Assembly (NCBI GenBank): GCA_013416795.1
Contig: RQSC01000028.1
Span: 276,480 to 340,479, forward strand
DNA from: Prasinococcaceae sp. CCMP 1430
Lineage: Eukaryota; Plantae; Prasinodermophyta
Direction: 5' to 3'
DNA: 64,000 nt
Shown here: in pieces, positions 56,491 to 64,000 of the stretch
Layout: every line of letters begins with the position of its first letter
How positions within the stretch are numbered: the stretch's first letter is position 1
Position numbers and translations under genes: made by a program
Notes under the pieces: model-generated
Databases searched by the model: none
Seen by the model: only the letters and a program-made list of their open reading frames with translations
Told to the model about the DNA's origin: nothing

Positions 56491-57906
56491 CTACTGATTG
56501 TTCTGCAGGACGATCTCGCACGGGCACAGGCACCCGTAGCAGAAAGTGTTGCAGATGTTGATCTTGAGCTTGCCATCCTCGCAGCGAACCATGTCATTGT
56601 CCCTCTCGAAGAACATGTAGTCGAGCAACAACAGACTGCCAAGCAGGGATGCCTTCTGCTGGGGGGTGACGTTGGGGTCGTGCAGCTCCAGCGTGTACAT
56701 GTCGCTGTCGGTGAAGAACTCGCGCGCGGCTGCACGAATGCCCTTTGGCTTACGCTTAGTGATGGTCGCCATGTCACCGATCTTGAGCGCCTTGTAGCCG
56801 TCGGGGAGGACGCCGTCCGGCACGCGCGTGACGGAGAACGGAACGGAGCAGCAGAGCTCCGAGCAGCCGCCGAAGATGCATGGGCCTTGCACGACCGCCA
56901 GCGGCGGAGTACTGATCGCGCCGGGGGCGTAGCCGCGGTCCATCACTTGGACTACAGACGGGGGGAGGGGGTGGGGGTGGGGAGGCGCAAGGCTTGAGGG
57001 CAACGTTCGTTGGCCAGCGGCAGGGCGCGTGAATGCGCGTCAGCCCCCCGCGCTTGCCGGCGCGCTCACATGCGGTGGGCGCTCGGCCGCGCGCCCGGCC
57101 GCGCGCTCACGCACCGGTAGGGGTGAATCCACCTCCGCCTTTGGGCACCTCCGCCATGCCGATGAGGTTGTTGGCAGGGATCTGGCCGGGGACGGAGCCC
57201 TCCTGCAGGTGGCCTGCGTGCAGCTTCATGCCGTCCATGCACTGCTCCGAGCAGGCGAAGCAACCAAGGCAGAGCTTGCCCTCACAGCCGCAGCACTGCG
57301 TGCAGCCCTCGCGCTCCATGGTCATCACGGGGAAGAGCCTGTTGCCCGCGGTGTCTACCGCGGTGATCCTCAGCAAAAACGAGTGCGTGGGCGCGCAGAA
57401 CATGCGCGTGCAGTTGTCGCTGTCCTCTTCGGCGATCATGATGGGCGTCATGACGTCGTCCTCCCCCGCGTAGATGGTGTATGTGTTCGCCTGTTCGCAG
57501 CACCCCTGGGAAACGGCCTCGAGCCATTTCACCTGCAAGACCACCGCAGCACGAGCGCGCGCGTGGCGCGCGGGCGTTCAGCTCCATGCCCCCGCGGCAG
57601 AGGGCGCACACGAGGCGCGCCGCGCGCCGCAGAGTGCGCGCGCGCACTTCCGCTCCCGCTCCCGCTCCCACTAACGCTTCCGCGCGCGCCTGCGCCCTGG
57701 CACACCCGCACCTTCTGCTGCACGGTGAAGACGTTGTTCTGCGCGAGTACCGCGGCGGTCTGCGCGTCGATGAGCGGCACAGAGTCGACGCCCGCGGGCG
57801 TGGCAGTCTGCACCGGGTTGCCGACCGGCGGGGGCATGGCCACCACCGCCGGCTGCGCCGCGCCGGTGGCAGTCACATATTGCATCTCTCCCTCCTCGCG
57901 GCCCAT
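56491..57906 (-). CDS. Phospholipid scramblase family protein, 3 exons (57906-57712, 57532-57115, 56951-56491)
   Basis: FTVQQK|VKWLEAVSQGCCEQANTY, AEEDSDNCTRMFCAPTHSF, VQGPCIFGGC and FFTDSDMY...QKASLLGSLLLLDYMFFE. Both introns are canonical and in frame. Confidence 0.85.
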
Positions 57907-58608
57907 GGCTCACGTTGGCGGACACACGGGTGCGCACAGTGGCGGTGGCGAGTGGCGCGGCACAGGCCGCGCACGCCCAAGGGTGGAGGACTCGCGCGAG
58001 GCGAGGGTGGACAGAGCCCCCCCCGGCGGAGGCCTGGCCTGGCGGGCCGCGCGGGCGCTTGCAAGGGGGAGGGCGGGCTGCCCGCCCGCCCCCCAAACCA
58101 ACCGCCGCGCGCACCTACGCTGCGCGCGCCGAATTCCCCTCCCGTCGTTTCTCGACCATATTTATTTCCCTCACAGGAACCACGAATTCTCGCTTGCGCC
58201 ACGCACCTTCCGCGTTCCCCCTCTGCTGCGCGCAGGACGAACGCGCGCGAGGAACGGACCGAAATGAAAGAAACGCGCGCAAAAGAAGGAGCGGCGGCGG
58301 AACCCACCTGCGCGCGCGCCGCATGCATTTCGACATGGGAGGGGCGATACACATCGATTAATGACGAATCCGCTGCTCGCAAATATGGTTAAAATACATC
58401 AGAGTGAGATTGAATCCACCGCGAAGTGTATCACGTGGACGGACAAATGGAATGCAGAGAATCTGAATGCTGCTGGCGGCGGCGGTGCCAGAGCGCACGC
58501 GCCCGGCACGCGGCGCCCCACAGTCCCCCTCCCACGCCACCCCTCTGCGCGCGCGTCGGCGAAGGCTCCGTGCCTTTCCTCCCCCCTTACGCCTGTCCCA
58601 CGGTCCCG

Positions 58609-59759
58609 ATGCTCGCCGCGGTCGCCCCCGCGCGCCCCGCGGCCGCGGCCGGCCCCAGCGCACCTGCCGTACCCCGTACAGCTCCGTCCCTTCCAATGCG
58701 TTTCTCGTATATTTTGGGTCACCCGTGGTTGGTTCCCCCAGCGCCCACTTTTTTCGAACCGCGAGACCCGCGCGACGGCGGGTGCTCGCGGCGAGCGCGC
58801 GCGCGGCCTCGCCGCGCGCAGCGGCGCGCGCCTCATCGGGCCGCCGCGGGTGCCGTCGCGCGGCGTGCATGGCTGTCGCCGGGGAGGACAAGCTCATCAG
58901 CAAGGCGCCCATCCCGGAGAAGGTGAGCGGCGCACTTGCGGGCGGGCCAATCGGTGATAGGGTCGGGCGGTGGCGCGGGTGGTGGCGGTGTTTGCGCGCG
59001 CCAGCCGGCCGCGCGCGCCGCCGCCAGGCGCTGCCAGAGTTGCACTCCTAAAACCCTCTGCAGGTGTCGCACGAGTGCGTGTGCGCGCCGCAGTGCATAG
59101 CAGCGCCTGAGAGGCGCGGCCGGCTGTTGGGGCGATTTTTGCGGCCTCTTCTTAACCGCGTGCACCGAGGCATTGCTGCATGGCGCGCTGTAGCCTGGTC
59201 CGCCCCACCGTGGTGGTGGTGCAGAGGCGCTGACTGAGCGTGCTCGTCCTTCTGCACCCCCCTCTTTACCCGCGCTCCTGCCTGGCGCCTCGCAGCTGCC
59301 GCGGGATGACTTCGTCGACCACATTTTCAAGTGGGCGACCATCGAGTTCAGCGCCTCGGGCGACTACACCGTGCCCATGCGCGTGGAGCCCGTGCCGGGC
59401 GAGCTGTACAACAAAGGCTTCACCGTGTGGATATGCCAGATCGACGAGAATGGGCGCGAGCAGGACGTGACCGCGGTGCGCTTTCAGTTCGACGAAAACG
59501 AGGAGGAGTTCCTCATGATCAAGGTCGCGACGGGTGTCGAGGTCACGCAGGGGGAGGCCGAGCTTGTGCAGACGCTCAAGAACGTCGCGCAGGCTACCGC
59601 GGCTGCCATCGACAGCTACTACACCTTCGGCAGCGCTATGGACGGGTACGAGCGCGCTCGCGCTCGCCAGACGGAACGCGACACGTGCTCCTTCGCTGAC
59701 CCCTCAGTGCATGCTTGCCTTTCCGCGCGGCCTTCGCCTGCAGCGGTGAGGATTTTTAG
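58609..59759 (+). CDS. Conserved unknown, probably plastid-targeted protein; secure exons 58869-58922, 59296-59645, 59744-59759, with the transit-peptide exon tentative
   Basis: In-frame splicing gives KAPIPEK|LPRDDFVDHIFKWA...PMRVEPV...GFTV...GEAELVQTL, which resembles an uncharacterised plant/algal plastid family. An R/A/S-rich stretch precedes the mature part. Confidence 0.55.
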
Positions 59760-59956
59760 CTATTGCTCGCTTCTGCCGAGCTCCACAAGCGCCGACGAAG
59801 GGGGGATAGGGGCAGGTGGGTGCACACTCGTACCCTGCCGGACGGCCCAAAAGACAAAAGCTGGAGTCGCTCAGTAAACCATCTCCGCGCGCGTGGACAC
59901 TTGTGCAGCAGTGCGCGACGCGTAGAGTCGCGTTGCAAGTTGCAGGTGCAGTGTAC

Positions 59957-62757
59957 TTACGGCGACGGCGATTCGTCGTCTGAACCTCCGTCGCTGCCCT
60001 GAGAGTCTCCATCGCCATCGCCATCGCCCGAGTCTCCTTCGCCGCTGTCACCACCAGTCTCCATGTCGCCGACGCCACCCGCGTCCGCGCCGGCGGCCGC
60101 CTCCGCGCCGGCGTCGCCGCCGGGCACGTCATCGTTGTCGTCTAGTGCGTCAAGGTCGACGATGGGATACTCGCGATCCTCGTCAAGACCGTGCGTGTCC
60201 TCTTCGAATGCCATTTCGATTTCTTGCTGCTCGGCATCCTCGCCGCCACATGCGCCCGCGCCCGCGCCCTGCTCGTCTTCCTCATCGTGGCCTTCACCGT
60301 CGCTGTCCGAATCGCCATCCATAACGTCGTGTGCGGCAGGCATAAGGTCGACAGTCAGGCCCATGCCTCCTGCGTCGTCATCATCGTCGTCGCTCTCGTC
60401 ACTCGCGAACTCGGCGTCTTGGAACTCTTGGCCTGGCAGTCCTCTGCCGTACATTCCCATCGGCATCATGCCGAGCTCAGGCATAGGCACAGGCAGTCCA
60501 CCGCAGGCCTGCGCGAAGTTGAAAGCCCTGCCGGCGCTCAAAGCGGTCTTGTCCAGCGAGAGCGCGGCCGAGTGCAGCGACTTCCAGCCCCCAGCGTGGA
60601 CGCGCAACATCTCGCGTATGGCTGCGGCGCAGGCAGCAGAGGGCGGGCCTGCGTCAAGCGGCGGGGGCACCTTGCCCAGCAGGGCCTCGACGCACGCGTC
60701 AGTGCTGGCCGCGAGGGCCTTGAGATTGTAGCCCCCCTCCATCAGTACGACCACCTTCCCGCCCGTGACCGGCATGAGCTGCCACAGCATGTGTGCGTAG
60801 CCCTTGGGGGTCACGTCGCAGCCGCCGAGCGGGTCGTCCCGCGCGGCATCAAAGCCCGCACTCACGATGGTGATGTCTGGCTGGAACTCGTAGCACACCG
60901 GCAGCAAGCACGTCTGGAGCGCCGTGATGTAGTCGGCATCACCGGCACCTCCCGTCGGCCACGCTAGGTTGATGTTGTAGAACGTCCCTTCGCCCTCGCC
61001 GCGGCTGCTGGCTGCTCCTGTGCCGGGGTAAAACTGCCCTCCATCGAATCGATGCATGGATACCACGAGCACAGAATTGTCGTCCTTGAAAATGTCCTGC
61101 GTGCCGTTGCAATGATGCACATCCCAGTCGAGGATCAGCACGCGCTTGCAGCCTGCCGCCTGCGCGGCGCGCGCGGCGACGGCCGCGTTGTTGAACAGGC
61201 AGAATCCCATCGACTTGGCCTGCTCCGCGTGGTGCCCTGGGGGGCGCACGAGCGCCACCGCAGAGGGCGCATCGCCGTGCGCCACGGCCTGCGCAGCTCC
61301 GGCGGCCGCACCCGCCGCGAGCCGCGCGGCCAGCGGACTGTGCTCGTTGGCGAAAGTATCGGCCGTCAGATACGTGACCTGGGGCGGCGTGCCTATCATC
61401 TCATCCCCGTCTCCCTGAGCGCCCCCCGGCGTTTGCTGCTGCTCTGGCTGCTCGGACTGCGGCTGCGCGTTCAAATTGGCATCGGCGCCTTGTGCTGGCT
61501 TGTCGTCAGGACCGTCCTCGCCAGGAGCCACTGTGACAGTGTTGAGCTCGGCCAAGGCGCCTTCGGGTTGTTCGGCGGTCTCGGGGGTGACGAGAATGAC
61601 CCCATTCGCGCGGGCCTCCGTCCCGCCGCCGGCCGCGTCGCCCTCGGTTTCGGTTTTCGGGACCGGCGGCGGGTGGGCAATCGCTCCGATTTTGTCCACA
61701 AGCTCCTCTGTGTGGACGGCTAGCAACTCTCCGCGCGAGGCTTCGCGCGGCTTCAGGTAGTGCATGCGCTCGAGGAGTCCCCGTTCCGCGAGGCTCCCCA
61801 CCGCGGCGCGCAGGCGATCCGGACGCTCGGGGTGCACGCCGCCCATCGCACCCTCGTCTTTCCGCTCGTCGTGAAGCAACATGCGCGCGTCGTACGTCAC
61901 CAGCGGGCACGACACCGGGAGCTCTGCATCGGGGATGGCGGCGTCGAGCTCGAATGCGGACGTGCCGGCACCCGGCGGCGCCTCGCCGCGCACGCTCCCG
62001 CACGCGTTGCATTTGGGCTCTTCCGCGGGGGTTTGTGGGCGCTCCGATTCCTCGGCCGGAGAGGCCGCGGCCAGGGCAGCGTCGAGCTCCGTGTGGAGTC
62101 TGTCCGCGGCCTCTTCGTCAGTGAGCAGCTCGCCGTCGTCCCCGCGCGAGAGGCCGGCGTTGATGTCGTAGGTGAGACGGAGCACGTATTTGAGCCCCGG
62201 CGGGTCCGTGCGGTTTGCGTCGGTGCAGTTTCGGCACGTCCATCGCTTGCGGAGCGAGAGGAGCGCGCTGAGCTTGGGCTGCGCGGCGAGGAGCCGCAAC
62301 TCGTGCTCGGTGGGCGGCGAGGGTTCGTCGTCGGACGGAATGTCGCCCTCTTCGACCAGGCCGCCGGCGTGCTCCTCCGAGCCGGCGCTCGCGCTCGCGG
62401 GGCGCGCGCCATCCCCCGCCACCGCGCCGTCGCCCGGCGCACCATCGACGGGCAATTCCTCGAGAGGGTCCCGCCCCGCCTCCCCGTCCGCCGGCCGTGC
62501 CTCCTCCACCCCGTCTCCCGCGGCGGCGGCGGCGGTGTCTGGCGCCGCGGCAGCGCGCGCCGGTGCGGCGCCCCTCGGACGCCCTCTCGCAACGCGGGGC
62601 GCTCGCTCGCTCGCTCGCTCGCTCGCTCGCGCGCACTTTGGTGCTGCTCACCCCACACGTGGAATCTACTGCAGCTGGCGGAAGGAATGAATGCTCGTGC
62701 TTTGCTTTCGTGCATCCGTTTGCTGATGATTTTCAGACTTCCCGCGAGTGGATCCAA
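59957..62757 (-). CDS. Class II histone deacetylase (HDA15/HDAC6-like) with N-terminal zinc finger and acidic tail; first exon 62757-62652 tentative
   Basis: HPERPDRL, VRPPGHHA, GFCLFNNAAVAAR, ILDWDVHHCNGTQ, SAGFDA, EGGYNL. The main frame lacks an ATG, but a G|gtgagc donor (62651) and cag acceptor (62539) are phase-compatible with ATG 62757. Confidence 0.92.
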
Positions 62758-62872
62758 ATTGGGTTAGGTCGCGCACTGGTATCGCGCCGCGCGCCGCGCG
62801 CGGCTCGCGGCGCTCGCTCTCGCGCGGCCCGTCGTGCCCTGGTATCGTCGCGCCGCGTGTCCCGCGGCCGCG

Positions 62873-63428
62873 TCAGCGGCGGGCGCGCGCGGCGTCCGCG
62901 ATGGCTCTGGCGACAGCGAAGGGCGGCTGAGCGCCGTCCACCTCCACGAAGTCGGAGCTCGGGACCGCGCCGCCCGCGGGGAGTTGGAGCGTTTCAAGCT
63001 GGGACTGGAGCAGCCCCGGCGGCATGAACGCGTGCTCGCGAGCCCCGACCCTCCGCCGCAGCTCGCCGGAGGGCACACGAAGGTGCACGAACAGCGCGCC
63101 GCCGCCGCCGCGCTCGGCGGCGGCGGCTGCGAGGCGCGCCCGGTAGAGCGGCGTGAGCGCGGAGCACGCGCACACGCACGGCGCCCGCTCCGCCGCCTCG
63201 GCCCCCACTCGATCCAGCCAGGGCAGCCTGTCCTCGTCCCTGAGCGGCAGCCCCGCGCGCATTCGCTCCACGTTTGCCTGCGGGTGCAGGTCGTCGGCGT
63301 CGAGGAAGGCGCGGCCGAGCGCGGCTGCGGCGGCGGCGCCGGCCGTCGTTTTCCCCGCGCCGCACACCCCCATGACGACCACGACGGCCGCGCCTCGCCC
63401 CTCCGCGCCGCCCGCGCGAAGCGGCCAT
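62873..63428 (-). CDS. IDNK: Gluconokinase (GntK/IdnK); 1-nt frame break between ATG 63428 and the P-loop strand
   Basis: VVVMGVCGAGKTT, FLDADDLHPQANVERMRAGLPLRDEDRLPWL, ACSALTPLYRARL, HAFMPPGLLQSQLETL. Confidence 0.9.
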
Positions 63429-63433
63429 CAAAA

Positions 63434-63770
63434 GTGCCCACAAAACGCAAGCCTGCCGCGAAGCCGAAGCCTGCCGCGAAGCCGAAGCGCCAGCCGAAGC
63501 CTCCGCCGCCGCCCTCGGAGCGCCAGCTTCTGCTGGAGCGCCTGCGCGAGTTGTCCGAGGAACACTATCAACGCGCGAGGGCGAACAAGCGCTCCATCAG
63601 GGACCTCAAAGTGAAAATCGCGGCCTGCGAGATGGCCGCCATGGGGCCGAAGCCCAAGCCCGACAAAGAGATTGTGTTGCCGCCGGTCGTTCAGCCCATC
63701 GCGATGCAGCCCATCGCGATGGAGCCCAAACCCACGGACACGGAGGCAGTTGCCAGGGGCGGATTCGTGC
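63434..63770 (+). CDS. Unlisted coding frame of a basic nuclear-type protein, truncated at the N
   Basis: My translation: (V)PTKRKPAAKPKPAAKPKRQPKPPPPPSERQLLLERLRELSEEHYQRARANKRSIRDLKVKIAACEMAAMG... Strong host codon bias. Begins at GTG with no upstream in-frame ATG seen nearby. Confidence 0.55.
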
Positions 63771-63771
63771 N
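63771..63771. other. Ambiguous base, probable assembly join
   Basis: Single n. Coding character changes abruptly across it. Confidence 0.7.
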
Positions 63772-64000
63772 CCGCGCGCCGCAGCGCCGCCGGCGCGGAG
63801 GGCACGCGCGGGGAGGCGCGCGGGGAGGGAGCGAGAAGCTCCCTGAGGCGCAGGAGCGCGCGGGTAGCCGGCCTCGCGGAGGGGAAACAAAGGGACGTTG
63901 CGCCCACCCCCGCGCCGCGGCCATGCGGTGCTGCCAGCTGCTGCAGTCGCAGCCGAGCGCCCTGCCGGGCACGCGTGCGGCGCGCGCTGGGGGGCGCGCG

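Noticed and set aside
58358-58912. Minus-strand ORF that looks like a transit-peptide protein
   Set aside because: It is the reverse complement of the plus-strand gene's 5' region, which has phase-consistent splice junctions. No consistent downstream exon was found.

Overview
This is a gene-dense, very GC-rich (by eye about 70%) eukaryotic nuclear segment. It has short spliceosomal introns (GT/GC...AG, CTRAC-like branch points, CG/CA-repeat-rich interiors), AT-rich promoter islands and two single-N assembly breaks (22084, 63771). Plant-type genes (PEX22, peptidyl-serine galactosyltransferase, EREX-like PX protein, plant-type DHHC PAT, AP2 domains) point to a green alga, probably of prasinophyte grade (inference). 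About 36 protein-coding genes are supportable. Most are housekeeping: TAF7, TOP3A, proteasome beta5, REXO4, BUD23, eIF1, RPL6, SEH1-like, PRP22, RBM34, DED1/DDX3, class II HDAC and gluconokinase. Interspersed are five secretory-pathway glycan-modifying enzymes: three unrelated sulfotransferase-fold proteins, a GT96/SGT1 and a GT92. Two of these carry ShK-like Cys domains, and in one the ShK-like module sits inside the catalytic fold. The main oddities are: an RPL6 that lacks its C-terminal exon and reads in frame into the SGT1 gene; a PIP-box micro-ORF directly upstream of, and potentially spliceable to, proteasome beta5; a split zinc finger on the HDAC; a bacterial-looking ZIP transporter; a GC-AG intron; four single-base frame breaks (probably assembly indels); promoter-proximal duplications; and a zero-gap head-to-head gene pair at the right end. 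No tRNA, rRNA, CRISPR array or transposase was recognised. All family assignments are from motif recall, not database searches.
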